Source: Felis catus
Lineage: Eukaryota
DNA length: 64,000 nucleotides
Assembly: GCF_018350175.1 (NCBI RefSeq)
Contig: NC_058368.1
Coordinates: 139,068,001 to 139,132,000 of the forward strand
Reading direction: 5' to 3'
The position numbers and the translations under genes are program-made. Positions 49,167 through 62,243 of the stretch are shown here, piece after piece. Each line of letters opens with the position of its first letter. Within the stretch, counting starts at the first letter, position 1. The notes under the pieces were generated by a model. That model made no database searches and was not told where the DNA came from. It saw nothing but the letters and a program-made list of their open reading frames with translations.

Positions 49167-50054
49167 GTAAGTAATGAAAATTGAAGCATTTATTTCTTTT
49201 TTGTTCAGGAGAGAATTACTTAAATTTAATCTTAGTTTTTTTCCTTCAGTTTAATTGGCTACATGAAATCCAGCTACTATTCCCATTATTCAGGTATCAA
49301 AGTCTGTGTAAATTTCATTTTGTATTCTTTAATAAAATATTTACTTTCTCATCACCAGAACACGTTAGTGTTTAACAGCTTTTTAAAAATGTATTAGAAT
49401 ACCACACATCTTTAGTGTAAAAAAAAAGTACTTAAAAAGTTAGCAGTGCATCTCAAATTCAGAGTTTTAACAACTTCCTACATTTGACACCTCCTAGTGT
49501 TGTGCTCTTGCAGAGAAAGATACGACTGCTGGTTTTTTGCTGCCCTACTGTGCTAAAATTTGTTCAGAAGTAGAATAGTGAAAAACCCTCTAATTGATTT
49601 GACTTAAATAAAAATTCAGAATTTTTAAAAACATTACTGAATTGCGCTTGTGTCAAATTAGGTTAAATTCTGCTAAAAACAGGAAAAGATATAGGTACTG
49701 TTTTTAAACACCTGTGGATAAATTGACAGAAATCTAGGTAGCAACAGAATATGTGGGATCTATATTTAAAGAATTTTCAGTCTCCACATTTGATTTTAAA
49801 AACCACACTGTTTTTTTGGTGTGTAAGAATCTGCATTTAGAATGGTATAACTTGAGCACCAAAACAAACTTTAGAGGTTATCTACTTAACCTCTCCTCAT
49901 TTTATAAATAAAAAGACTGAAGTCCAGGAGGTTGTAAATCATTCTTCATGCTCACAGATCTATGAAATGGTAGAACTGCTTCTAGAACCTATGTGTTAGT
50001 AATAAGTCAAAAAAAATTTTTAGTATTTTTTAAAAGTTATTAAATACTTATTTT

Positions 50055-50233
50055 CCAGTGTTTATTTATTTTGAGAGAGAGCAGGGGAGGGGCAGAGACA
50101 GAGAATCCCAAGCAGCCTCCTCGCTGTCAGCACAGAGCCTGACGTGGGGCTGGATCTCATAAACTGTGAGATCATGACCTAAGCCAAAACCAAGAGTTGG
50201 ACATTTAATTGACTGAGCCACCCAGATGCCCCA
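50055..50233 (-). mobile_element. Carnivore SINE in NSA2 intron 3
   Basis: SINEC body. Confidence 0.88.
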
Positions 50234-50689
50234 AAGTCAGATTCTTTATACTGCCTTTCACTTTTTTTCAAACAATTTGCATTCTAGGGAGGTTCAAAGT
50301 ATGTGGTGATGATTTTGTCTTACTAGTACTAAAATCTAACAGTTCACTTGAGGTAAAAATAGATATATTAAGAGGTGGAAACAGTCTTCTAATTTTACAT
50401 ATGAACTATTTGGTAGTCAGCACATAGAGTTTCAAGAAGTCACTGACTTATTACAGGTGGCATTTTTCATCCATAACAAGCCATTAAGATTTTTAGCTTA
50501 AGCAAACCATTTTATTTAATGTGTTCATAATATGAAACTTCATTAATTCCAATTAATTTGGGGCTTGTGAGGAGACAGTACAGACCTCTAGAAACAGTTG
50601 AGCCAAAATCTTGTTGGTTTAGGAAAAAAATTTGATTTTTCATTCTCATTGCCGTTTACTAACAAATTTAAATGATGGTCTGTTTTTAG

Positions 50690-50869
50690 GGAAAATGGGA
50701 AGTCCCTTTGCCCAAAGTTCGTGCCCAGGGAGAAACAGAAGTATTAAAAGTTATTCGAACAGGAAAGAGAAAGAAGAAAGCATGGAAGAGGATGGTTACA
50801 AAAGTCTGCTTTGTTGGAGATGGCTTTACTCGAAAACCACCTAAATATGAAAGATTCATTAGGCCAATG
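50690..50869 (+). CDS. NSA2: NSA2 exon 4, [60 protein letters not shown]
   Basis: 180 nt; perfect TACTAAC branch site at 50657-50663; GTAAGT donor. Confidence 0.97.
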
Positions 50870-51408
50870 GTAAGTCCCTTGCAAGAGTGGGATGGATTAA
50901 ATATTGGTTGCTGTGTTAAATTGGGTAAAGTAGAATTTCCTGAAATTCCTGAAATTGATATGAAAAGAGATTGAAAGACATTTTTTAGGCTGTTTTTGTT
51001 ATTTTAAGTTATTGACAGGGATGGCTTAGGAATTTTCCTGTACTGTCAAGAATCTTGTCTTCATAAGAAACAAGAGATGAAAAGTAGTTTTCATTACAGT
51101 GTCAGTGGATCCTGATTTTTAAATAGATGGCATATATTAGAATCTTCATTTTCCACATGAAGTCATTTTACTCACTCAGCAAGTAATCTATATACCTGAC
51201 ACTTGTTATATTTGATAACAGTTCAAAAACTTCAGTAGGGACATTTTTTTTCATGAAGCAAATTCTATTTATTATGGCAATTAATGCTTTTGAAAACAGT
51301 ATGTAATCATTGGAAAAAGAATTTAATATAAGAGTGGGACTTTAATTTCCTTTGACACCAATGGTCAAAACCAGTCTCGTCCCCTTTCCCAAGATGTAAT
51401 TGAACATA

Positions 51409-51852
51409 CGGTTGACCCTTGAACAACTTGGGTTAGGGATGCCCACCACCTGCACAGCTGAAAATCCACATACAACTTTTGACTCCTCAAAAACTAAACT
51501 AATAGACTGTTGCTGGAAGCCTTACTGATGGCATCACCTGTCGATTAACACATATTTTGTATGTAAAGTGTATCATATACTGTATTCTTAAAGCTAAAGA
51601 AAAAGGGGCACCAGAAAAAAAGGGGCACTTGGGTGGTTGAGTCAATTATGCATCTGACTCTTGATCACAGCTCAGGTCTTGATCTCAGGGTTGAGTTCAA
51701 GCCCCACATTGGACTCTGCACTAGGCATGAAGGCTACTTAAAGGAAAAAAAAAAAAAAAAAGTTAATATCATTAAGGAAAAATAAATATCAAAAAAAAAG
51801 TCTTCATGTAAGTGGACTTGTGCAATTCAAACCTGTTTTTGTGGGTCAGCTG
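51409..51852. mobile_element. Tigger2a-type TcMar DNA transposon with a nested SINE (about 51622-51760)
   Basis: TIR-like ends CGGTTGACCC.../...GGGTCAGCTG, TA at left end, body resembles recalled Tigger2a. Confidence 0.8.
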
Positions 51853-51994
51853 TGTATTTTTGCAAAATCCCTTTAAACAGACTGAATTACTCTCCCCACT
51901 GGATATCTAACCTGCTTAGAAAAACAATCAGAGGAAGGTTGGCAGTGTTCCCGTTTCTCAACCTGAATCATTTTTAACGGATTAAAATGTTGTC

Positions 51995-52168
51995 AAACAG
52001 TCTGTTTCTGTAAATTTCTGTCGAAACACAGCTGTGCCCTTTCATTTACATAATGTCTATGGCTGTGTTTTCCTGCAGACTTTTGAGTAGTTGCAGGAGA
52101 GACCATATGGCCTGCAAAACCTAAAATGTTCACTGTCCCTTTACAGAAAACCTTGACCCGTCCCTGGA
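51995..52168 (+). mobile_element. MER58-type hAT-Charlie fragment
   Basis: ttgagtagttgc...gagaccatatggcctgcaaaacctaaaat...ccctttacagaaaa. Confidence 0.7.
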
Positions 52169-53037
52169 TTATATCATGGATGCCTCTTATTTTGATTTCA
52201 TATTCATAATCTCTTAAATATAGTTTGGTAACTTTATCAGTTCTGTAGGGAGAGAATATACTGGTCGTGTTGTCCTAGGCTTTCTGTAGCTTGACAGATA
52301 AGTCTCTTATTGTGCATTAGTCAAAGGGCATTCCCAACTGTGTAAGTTTATTACAAGCTTCATTAAAGAGTGCATTACTAAGTACTTGATGTACCCTTAC
52401 CCCATACGTGGAAAAATCAAATTTAAGACACTGCAGAGTGTTGTGGCTTCTGAAGTGCTACACCCCAAGAGGCCATATCTAGGTGACTGAGTGACTGTGG
52501 TCTCTGTAAAAGATGTCTGGGCTTTCTCCAGTCTTTGACCAGTATTACCATCGATGAAAAGCTGACAGTCCACCCCACCTTTTTCATCATGTAAAATAGC
52601 TAAGGTATATAGAGACATGCCATTTAACCTGGGGAACAAGTCATTTCACATGTCAATCCTTATGTTATAAAAAAAAAAAAAAAAAAAAAACGGGAGTTGT
52701 AAGGTTATAATGCTTAATTGAGCTATTTGTACACTTCAGCACAGTGCCTGGCATATAGCAAGTTCTCAGTAAATGTACGTAACTACAGAGAAAAACCTGA
52801 GTATGATGCTAGGTAAAGCTCCATGGTAACAACTCCAGGAGTATGTGTTTGGAGTTTTTCCCCCATGTATTTATCAGGTTTGTAGTCTGTAGAATTTATA
52901 AATATTTAATTTGATGCCTTAAGATTTGACATTGGTCAATCCATGAGGATTTTTGTTGGGGAAGACCATTGGAAAGGCAGATGATTGCTCATCGTTAACA
53001 TTTTAGACTCATAACGTTTTTGTGTTTGACTTATTAG

Positions 53038-53230
53038 GGCTTACGTTTCAAAAAGGCCCATGTAACACATCCTGAATTGAAAGCCACCTTTTGCCTGCCA
53101 GTACTTGGTGTAAAAAAGAATCCCTCATCCCCACTATATACGTCTTTGGGTGTTATTACCAAAGGTACTGTCATTGAAGTGAACGTGAGTGAGCTGGGCC
53201 TTGTGACACAAGGAGGCAAGGTTATTTGGG
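53038..53230 (+). CDS. NSA2: NSA2 exon 5, [64 protein letters not shown]
   Basis: 193 nt, TAG/GTAAGT boundaries. Confidence 0.97.
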
Positions 53231-54107
53231 GTAAGTAAAGTTTTGAATATGGGGCTGCTGCTATTATAACCCTAAAATTGAAATTTTTAAGTTGGTAGGA
53301 AGTATGTAAGCAAATTTTAATGCAGAATTGCTGGATAAGTAAAAATGATGTAAATCAGACGTAAACTTACGAAAAATACTTCTGTAGACACAAGAGTTAT
53401 GAATGTGATTCTTTTTAGTTTGGATTATTGATATCAGTTTATAAAGTGTACTAGATTTTTAGATTTAGGGCTGTTTTAAGAGAAACTATGAAAGAAGCAG
53501 ATGGAAAGTTACAATTATAAGTAACATATTGGAAGGAATTAGAATTCCCCCAGGAATGGGGGAAGGGAGACCTATATCAAACACATAGCCACACTATTTC
53601 AATAATAATTAAAAAACAGAAAGACGCCATGCCTCGTTTTCTTGGTTTTCTGCTTTTAGTGTCCAGGTAAGCTTTAATGTTCTTCAAAATTGAAGAGTAC
53701 ACTCTGACTTCTTGATTGAGTCTTTATATGAGTCATTAACTCCTACTTCATATTGGCAGACAGCAGTTTTAAAATAGGTTGCTAGATTAACTTGAAACTT
53801 AATGAAAACTTACTGCATTTTCTAGTAAGAAAAGTGTGTGGAAAAGCAACAATGCTCAGGTAAATCCACAAGGGCTTGTTAATACAGCGTACTAACAGAA
53901 TGGAGCTGACCACTATTTGTAAAAGTGTAACAATAGTATGTAAAAATTGCCTCCAGAACTTGTTTGATTTTGAGCGATTTTGTAAAATCTCATTGATCCT
54001 ACTATCGTTTATTTTTTTCTTTCTTAAAAGTGTCCATTAGAAATATTTTGGGCAAAGTTAATTTTTATTAGCTAAATCTCTCCTTTTCCCCGCGTTGTTT
54101 TCTTCAG

Positions 54108-54175
54108 GAAAATATGCCCAGGTTACCAACAATCCTGAAAACGATGGATGCATAAATGCAGTCTTGCTGGTTTGA
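54108..54175 (+). CDS. NSA2: NSA2 exon 6 coding part, [21 protein letters not shown]
   Basis: Long pyrimidine tract + CAG acceptor; TGA at 54173-54175. Confidence 0.97.
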
Positions 54176-54325
54176 CAGCACTTTCAGACAAGTAACTCTT
54201 GACAATTACTGAAGACTACTCACCAGTTAAGAAGACACCGTTTCTGTGGTGGTTCTCCAAATACTGCCCAACAGCCTTACATATCTGCAGCCTTCAAGAG
54301 AACTATTTATTCTATTGTAAGAAAC

Positions 54326-54331
54326 ATTAAA
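54326..54331 (+). terminator. NSA2: Probable NSA2 polyadenylation signal ATTAAA
   Basis: 150 nt after the stop, followed by a T/GT-rich downstream element. Confidence 0.65.
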
Positions 54332-54422
54332 ATAGGCTTATTTACAAATTGGTCTTTATTTTTTAGTCTGTTGAGCATTTAGGCGTTCATAAATCTGAAT
54401 AATGTTTTAAAAAGCAATTATA

Positions 54423-54545
54423 GGGGAGCTGGGTAGCTTACTCAGCACTCTGTGCTGACAGTGCAGAGCCTGCTTGGGATCCTATGTCTTTTCTCTCTCC
54501 GCCCCTCTCCCTCTCTCTCTCTCTCAAAATAAAGATTTAAAAATA
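54423..54545 (+). mobile_element. Internally deleted SINE between the NSA2 and FAM169A 3' ends
   Basis: SINEC head joined to 3' half; TSD TTTTAAAAAGCAATT. Confidence 0.8.
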
Positions 54546-54959
54546 CATTTAAAAAAGATTTTAAAAAGCAATTGCAGAAGTATCTTGGTCTGTATCTGCA
54601 TTAAGAAGTGGATACTCAGCAATGCAGATTTTTTGTTACTGGAAAAATTAGTATAGTTGAAAACACCTTTTATCATAAAGGTTCGTGCACACTTAAAACT
54701 AGAACCTATGCTAGGAAACTGTCATTTCTGAGACCTTACCTGAAGTCTTTTTTCTTCATTAATCCTAAGAAAGTTAGGGTTAACCCCTGGTAGCCTTTGT
54801 TTATAAGGTATTTAAAGTACAGGAGAGAAGGCACACTACAGTAAATAGAGTTCAGAAAAATCTTTTCACCTCTAGTTTTGTATTTTACACATTTTTTCTT
54901 CCTCTCAGTCATGTATACTCCCATCTACTAGGAACTGTATTTTCTACTCAAAATATATG

Positions 54960-57900
54960 GAAAAAAATACACTAAAATGTTTATACTTTCATATATTTAA
55001 CAGGGTTAAAAATGTAAGTAATTCCAGGTAAAAGTTTTAAAAACACTGCACTGATGCTCTTTATGAGCAATTTGTTTGCAGTTAACGTGAATAATATAAA
55101 AAAGATCATGTTTCAGGTTTTGTAACTTAGTCAAAGTGCTCTTGTGATGTGAATGTTGGTAGCTCTGAGCTTTTAAGGTGTAATATCACATTAATCTATA
55201 ATCACGTTAATGGTTTTAAATTGTTTATTTTTAAAGTCTGTCTTGAAAGTACAACCAATGTGATTAATTGTGCCTTTAACAAAATTATTTCATGTCTAAA
55301 CAAATTCAGTTATCAAAACACAGGCCAGGAAACGATCACAAAACATACTACTATTAAAACTTAAAAAACAAAACAAAAAAAACTACCAAGAAAACAAACA
55401 TGAGTACCTCAGTAAGACTTGCTCTTCTAAATAACGTAACATCTTTTCTAAATACTGTAAACATAGAAGTTTTAGAACACATACACACTTAGGAAAAGAA
55501 AGCCTATTTCCTTGGGAATGACTATCCAGTATGATACAATTACTTTAGGATGACAGAAGCTGAACTTTTCTTAACAATTAAGATTTTAACGACTGATTTT
55601 TGCCACTAATAGAAATGGGGAATGTGTGAATGACTATGTTTTGGAAGGTGGGGGGAAGAAAAGGTTAAAGGTGAGCACAATACTACAGAACTAAGGTCCA
55701 CTTATCTTTTAGAACCCAAAATAAGCAAATTAACTATCATGTACAAAGAAAGCTTGATATTAAATATACCAACAGAAGCCTAACATTTGTAACTAATAAC
55801 ACTCATGAAAGACTGGCTAACACCCTAACATCAGATTAGCCACTAGTGGACATACAAGGCAGAAATTTCTAAAATGCTATTACACAGATGGGTATTGTTA
55901 GTATAAATTCTTTATTTACATTAAGATCTGTATCAGTTTGCTGGTGTGACCAAACCTTAGAAGGTAATCCCTAACGGTAAAGCAGTACTTAATAGCAGGT
56001 ATTCAGATACTACGTCAAGACTCAGTTTGATGTAATCAGAAACCTTCAAGATAATTTTCTGAAGTCACTGAAACAATTTTAGGTAGTGTTCTGGTGGTCA
56101 GCTAAAAGCGAACCATTGATCGCCAGTAATTGTTACCTTGCCATGTTCATTCTGCAGTGAATGGAAACACCGTGAATATAGACATTTTAAGTAGAAGACT
56201 GACATTCTGTCATGCTATTTGATTTTATAAAAAATCATAATAGATCCTCTCACCTTTAAAAGTTGTAGAGGAGCTTTATAATAAATTCTTAAATATATTT
56301 CTGTGATGTCTAGCAACTGGAGAATTTAAACTTGAAAGCAGAACTAAAATTTTGCTAATATATATGTTTTATATTACATAAGGAAATATATACGTATTTA
56401 CACAAACTGAAGTGAAATCTTTTCCAGAAATAAAACTTCTAAACAGAAAAAAGCAGTCCACAAAGGACTATAGAATGTGACTAGACACTCAACAACTAGA
56501 CTGGCTGGCTGAAATCCGATTTCAGTCCTCTCTAATTCTGAAGTTTTTCCAATGCCTTGGCAAAAACTAGGTATCTGATTCGTTTTATTCAGATTCCTTA
56601 TTGAGGACAAATTTTGTTATCAATTCTATACTCACTGAGTACAGAACTCATTTACTGGACACGAACATGTTACTAACCATGACAGTAAGGTTTTTCTACG
56701 TGACCTCACTTTCTCTACCATCTACAAACCCCAAAATAACATTCTCTGTCAGAGATAATATGTATCAAAAGTTTTCTGGTATGCTAAGCAAAAAGTTCTG
56801 CAATTGCTGAAAATGCTCTTACTGTTTAAGAATAAACCAAACAAGTTTAACAAGGTGAGTGTATACTGTTAGTCCCCACTTATACACGAATAACTGATTA
56901 TTTTGTGAACTCAGCAACTATATATTCACCTATCAAGAGTTGTCAGCTCAAATTTCTTAAACTATACCCGAGAATAATGAATAGTCCAAGTAAAAAAGTA
57001 AAATATCTAAGTGTTAGGTTTTTAAATCTATTGTAAGAAATTAAAAATGGAAAGGTTAAGAATTTACTAAATCTTCCTATCTTTATTTCCCTAATTGTGG
57101 TAGTAAAGTTTCTCACAAAATCTATAAAACAGCATCAACATGATAGATACACTAGTACTAGTACCAGTCATACTTGTTTTTTCGACTAATCAGCATTTGT
57201 TCAGAAAACAAATGGCCAAAGTGCTTTAATTTTTCATCTGGAGTCAAGTCATCTGGCTTGCCTCTGACCAGTAACGAAGGAAAATGTAGGGGATACGAGC
57301 ATTCAAAATTTACTGTCATTTCACCTGCTTAAACATTTAACTCAGCTTATTAGATCTAAAATAGCAGTATCTCAAAATAAAATTTAATGACCTCACCTGA
57401 CCATAGACTAGGATAAAGCATTCAACATCGATCCTTGGCACCTCAGATCACGGCACAAAGACTTAACGTTTTGTTTTTTTCCATGTAAAGACCAATTCTG
57501 TTTTAAAAACAGTCTAAATGGTCTCAAAGCATCCTCCACAAGAAGCGCAAATCTGAGCACACCTAATACTTAATGAGATTTTTTTTTTAAATTTTCCTAG
57601 GCAAAAGCCTTTTGCTACAGTAACAATGTATATATACAGGCTAGCTTGTAACCTGTCAAGAACAAATTAAGAGTGAGCAAGACCAGAGCAACACCCAAAG
57701 CCTCCAATTTGATATAAGCTCTTAACTGTAGCTCCCTAGGCAGATTTATTCTTGTCATCTGGACCGAAGGTGGTGGGGGCATGGTCCAAATCTACCCAGG
57801 TGTGGATGCCAAGGATATAAGCTGGCAGACAGGCAGGCAAACCTTTTGGTAGGAATCACTCTCTTGAGTTACAGAAGTGGACAAAAGCTGAGGAGAATAT

Positions 57901-58733
57901 ACGACTCTAGAGTAAAGGCAGTGGCAGAATCAAGGAGAAGACTTAGGAAGGGTTCTCACACTTCTGAAGTATACATGTTAATTGGCTGAGGACAAAAGTA
58001 TAGTCCCCAGCTTCAAATGAAACGTATATAATCATGAGTGCCGACATGCCGAAGTTAAGTCCCTAGCAGTATTGTTAATATAAGATGTTGTAAAGATGGA
58101 ACTGGAAACAGATTTTGTACCTTTCCTCAGACACAAGTCAAAGGAGGAAACACAGCATCTACACAGCTACGAATCAGGAGGCCAAAATACCACCTTCATA
58201 AACCCTTCACCATAAACTTCTGTATTTGTGCTGTCATTTAGTTGAAGTATATTTTCACGTACTGACATTTTTGTTTTGACATGCCTACATTTTAAAAAAT
58301 GATTAGTTTTGATTTCTTAAGATAAAACTTCTGGAACCTTCACCAAGTTTACTATTAAAATCCATAGTATAAAAGATTTCTGTGATCCTTACAAGTAATG
58401 GAAAGCCTACTACTTTCAGTTTAATTTATATTTTCTGAAATACTAACGGTCAGGTGTCCCAATTGTTAAAGAAAATATAGTGTGATCTGGTTTCCCCAAA
58501 TCGAAACATGGTTAATAAAAATAAAAAATTGTACTTACACCAAACAACCTGAAAAATTAAAAAGAATGGTGAATCCTAGGTCCTAAGGGGGGAGGGAAAA
58601 CTGGCATCATAAATAAGTTCAAAGTAAAATTTTAGAATTTTTGCCCTGTGCCCCATGCCATTTATTACCATATTTTAAAAACAACAATTATGTTACAAAG
58701 AAGAGGGTTCTAGCATCTGCATTTCTTCTTGAC
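54960..58733 (-). other. FAM169A: FAM169A 3'UTR (distal end uncertain)
   Basis: SINE-free AT-rich stretch after the stop; minus-strand AATAAA at 55911-55916 and 55224-55229, TATAAA at 54980-54985. Confidence 0.6.
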
Positions 58734-59282
58734 TCATGTCAGCTTCGCTTTCTTCTTAGCAGGTCCTTTATGCCCTTTGGCCTTCCTTCTTAAATTCCGC
58801 CTGTCGACCACAGGCACCTCCACTTCTATCTCCTCTGAGCTGCTATCCACAGTTTTCTCTGCTGACTGTGTAAACTGATCCAGTTGCTCCGAAGATGCTT
58901 CAGACTGTTCCTCTGACTGGTTCTTCTGTCCCGCGTTCTGTGCAAATGGCACATCTTCAAGTTCAACCTCTATCAAAGAACTCTGGGGAAGAGCTGTAGA
59001 TGTTTCTTGGGGCTCAGGTACCCCCTCCTCACCTTGGTCTTCCAATGAAGAAGTAGTATTGGGCGATAAATTTTCAGAGATGGACTCCTCAGAAAATTCA
59101 GCTATCACAGAGTTTGGAAAACCACTGTCAGATCGTTCTTCATTTGGGACAGTACCAACATTGTCTGAACTCCCAAAATGGGCTTTCTTTCTGGAAACTA
59201 GTGGTAGTTTCTCTTCAGTGTGCCCTTTTTCATCAGATGGGCCTTCGTCTAGCAACATTTCTGAGTCAGTTATATGTGAGGT
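58734..59282 (-). CDS. FAM169A: FAM169A (SLAP75) last exon coding part, TSHITDSEMLLDEG...RRNLRRKAKGHKGPAKKKAKLT*
   Basis: TAG acceptor at 59283-84, 549-nt acidic Ser/Glu-rich ORF with basic C-terminus matching recalled FAM169A; expected neighbour of NSA2. Confidence 0.93.
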   Translation of the reverse strand, partial: TSHITDSEMLLDEGPSDEKGHTEEKLPLVSRKKAHFGSSDNVGTVPNEERSDSGFPNSVIAEFSEESISENLSPNTTSSLEDQGEEGVPEPQETSTALPQSSLIEVELEDVPFAQNAGQKNQSEEQSEASSEQLDQFTQSAEKTVDSSSEEIEVEVPVVDRRNLRRKAKGHKGPAKKKAKLT

Positions 59283-59948
59283 CTAAAAATAAAACACCTG
59301 GTGAACAAACCTTTGCAGTACAGTTCTTACATAAATTATTCTCAGACACTAATATTCAGTGACAATGAACTGCATTTTAAAGAATTCAGTACTCAGTCAC
59401 TTTCATTAATCAGGTGTGCATACTCTGAACACAAGTCAATTTTTTCAAAACTGATGTGATCATTTGACTCCTCCTTTAAAGACATAATAAAAGTACTTCG
59501 GACATTTTAAACTGCCTATGAAGTTTCTTTAAAACCATCAATGAACTAAAACTTCTTGGTGTCTTGCTCTTACTTGAGCCACAAGCAAGAGTCCTCTGGA
59601 GTGTGACACTGGGCCATCCCACTAAGTTTGACTATGACTTCACTAGATGAAAAGGAAGGGCAGTGGAAATTTTATTCATTTATTTAGTGAAACACTAATA
59701 AAATAATGCCATACAATAGTTGTTCAGCCTTAAATTGGAATATTCAAAAGTAAAAATGAAACTCCTTTTAAAATATTCCATCAGGTTTTCCCCACTCATC
59801 GAATCTCTCTCCCCAATTAAAACGTGTTAAAACGGTCATAGACTATGGTCATAGACTATGTAAGCAACAGGTATTCGAGTATTTGGTAAACTATGTTTTA
59901 TCCGTTTTTCTAAGCATTTCTCTAAATCTACAAAACAAAACTCATTTC

Positions 59949-60170
59949 AGGGCACCTGGGTGCCTCAGTTGGTTAAGTGTCCGACTCTTGATTTCGGCTC
60001 CGGTCACGATCTCACGGTTCAGTTCCTGAGAATGAGCCCCATGTCGGGATTGCTGTGGCAGCACAGAGCCCGCTTGGGATTCTTTCTCCCTCTCCCTCTG
60101 CCCCTACTCTGCTCATTCTCTCTCTCTCAAAATAAATATACTTAAAGTAAGTAAAATATAAAATAAAAAA
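59949..60170 (+). mobile_element. Carnivore SINE in FAM169A last intron
   Basis: SINEC body; TSD-like AAAACTC(A/C)TTT. Confidence 0.9.
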
Positions 60171-60404
60171 ACTCCTTTTGTTAACGTAAGTCACATATGT
60201 ATGAATAAGGTTACAAAGATTAGAATTTATGGAACGTTACGGATTGCATTATTTTAAAATACCTAACGTAGTGTGATAATATATAATTAATTTTCCTGAA
60301 GGACTATATATATATTAAGTGGAGGAAAATATATCCACTGCAATGCCCCTTCCACGTCACCAACACTGGAACAGGTGGACTGTAAGAAATTATCTCCCTC
60401 TTAC

Positions 60405-60608
60405 CTTATCCTGTGCAACAGTCTCAGGAGGTTTTGAAGATTCTGCCACCACTGGAACAAGAGTTGCAGAGTCTTCACTGGAATTAAAAGACTGCAATTT
60501 TGTTTCTTCATCTAAAACTTCACTAGCGGAGTCCTCCTCTTCAGTTGTAAGTGAGGCCTTCAGAGTATCATCCATTATCTCACCATTCAGAGGCTCTAAT
60601 TCAGATTC
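60405..60608 (-). CDS. FAM169A: FAM169A penultimate exon, ESELEPLNGEIMDDTLKASLTTEEEDSASEVLDEETKLQSFNSSEDSATLVPVVAESSKPPETVAQDK
   Basis: 204 nt, CAG/GTAAG boundaries, phase 0 into last exon. Confidence 0.92.
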
Positions 60609-60665
60609 CTGCATGAATGGGGGAAAAAAGTAAGTCAGGATACAATTTGAAGGTAACTTATTATT

Positions 60666-61210
60666 TGTCATGCAAGGAGAGTCCGTTCCCAGTCTCCACC
60701 TGTCATGCCCCAGGACTCAAGATAAAGTTTTACCACATCATAGGACATGAGTTAAGGAATTAGTCTGAGGAAAAGACAAACTTCTCAGGCAGGGTCGGTA
60801 AAAGAAGGCACAAGTAACCCAAACTCCCCCTGTTCTCACGGAGACAGCAGACAGACCAGGATGCTCTGCAGACACAGCACAGGTCTGAGATGCAGTGAAG
60901 AAACCCTGTTCCCTTCTTGTTCTTCCTTTTTAGAGGGCCAGCCTGACGGGCACCTTTTCAGTAAAAAGGCACCAGAGACTAGAGCTGATGCCAGCTCTTT
61001 ACACAACACTTGGTCAGCACTTGACATCTTTGGGGCCTGTGGGAAGTTAGGGTTTACCCTACCAAGGGGAGAAAGCACTGCCAGTCTTGGAGGAAGCTCA
61101 GTTTGGACACAGCTTCTTGCTGGAAGAAAACAGCCCTCGATCTGAGTTCATTTTCCAGTCAACTTTCCAGTCAACTCTGGCTCACTTGTTGAACAATCCT
61201 GCTCCTTACA
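60666..61210 (-). mobile_element. Probable solo LTR in FAM169A intron, family not assigned
   Basis: About 545 bp GC-richer block with TG...CA termini in AT-rich context; no clean TSD. Confidence 0.5.
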
Positions 61211-62243
61211 TCACATTAAATACGGAAATATCAGTGAGCTGATGACACAAGCCCTCCAAGTATCAAATTCTTCCAATGTTTATCAACACAAAATAGTTCT
61301 ATGTAATGTTTAGTAGTTCTAATGAATCTTAGTGAGATTCTAATAGAGGGCATTTGATTACCATTTTAAAACTTAGAAAACTGATGCACTCAAGTGTTCA
61401 GAAATAGATCCGTCTGAATTATGTAGGATCCCTACAATCATAGGGATACTGAAATCAGGACTTAGAAAACTTTATCTGCCCAGACGATATATGGAAAATA
61501 GACTGCACACAGAAGGTATTTACAATAAAGTTCATAAAATGATCAACTAGGACAGGAAAAAAATGTTGAAAGAAAAAATGAGAAAAACATAGCAAACGCT
61601 TAAAAAAAACAGAATGTTGGTAACTAAAAGTGAGAAGCAGCAGAAGAGAGAAATCTGTCCCTCAAGTTTTCGGTTTAGGAACAGAATGGAAGATTAAAAA
61701 AAAAAAAATTACAGGAAAAATGGCCCAATACAGAAATAATAAGAAAGGATAAAGACTATGTTGAATTTAAGAAGATAAAAGACATCTGTCTACATAAAAA
61801 TATTCAGGAGACAAGCAATATTGAAGCATTACAGTCTGAATATTCAAAGTCTAGAGTTACTAGTCATCCCCACAGAGATGAGAGTTCAACCACTGGATTG
61901 GATGCATTTTCAAAGGAGAGAACATGAACCAAAGAGCAGAAAGTCAAGAACTGAATCTTCCAGAATGTCCACAAATAAAGGGGAAAAAAGGAAGCAGAAT
62001 AGCTAAGTAATAAATAAAGCAAAACAAAACTTCAGAGATAGGAAAAACCAAGAAACCAAAATACAGTAGTGTTATAAGGCCTACATTACACGGGACTAGA
62101 GAATACTGAAGAAGTCACAGTAATCAATCTAGGTACGGAAAGTCACTAAGTGTCACTGGTGACCTACAAGACTATGTGCTCAGTGTGTTGCTGGACAAAT
62201 GAAACTGGTTACATGAAGTACGTACAGTATAATCTTAAGGATA

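Larger units (their letters stand above)
47173..54350 (+). other. NSA2: NSA2 gene span (complete, 6 exons, 260 aa; ends approximate)
   Basis: Coding exons sum to 783 nt (3+188+151+180+193+68): [20 protein letters not shown]...[11 protein letters not shown]. Confidence 0.97.

Noticed and set aside
52400..52690. A22 tract suggesting a processed pseudogene
   Set aside because: No poly(A) signal, TSD or recognisable parent; it abuts a MIR-like remnant.
59059..60633. Plus-strand ORFs opposite the FAM169A exons
   Set aside because: Antisense shadows of the real coding exons.
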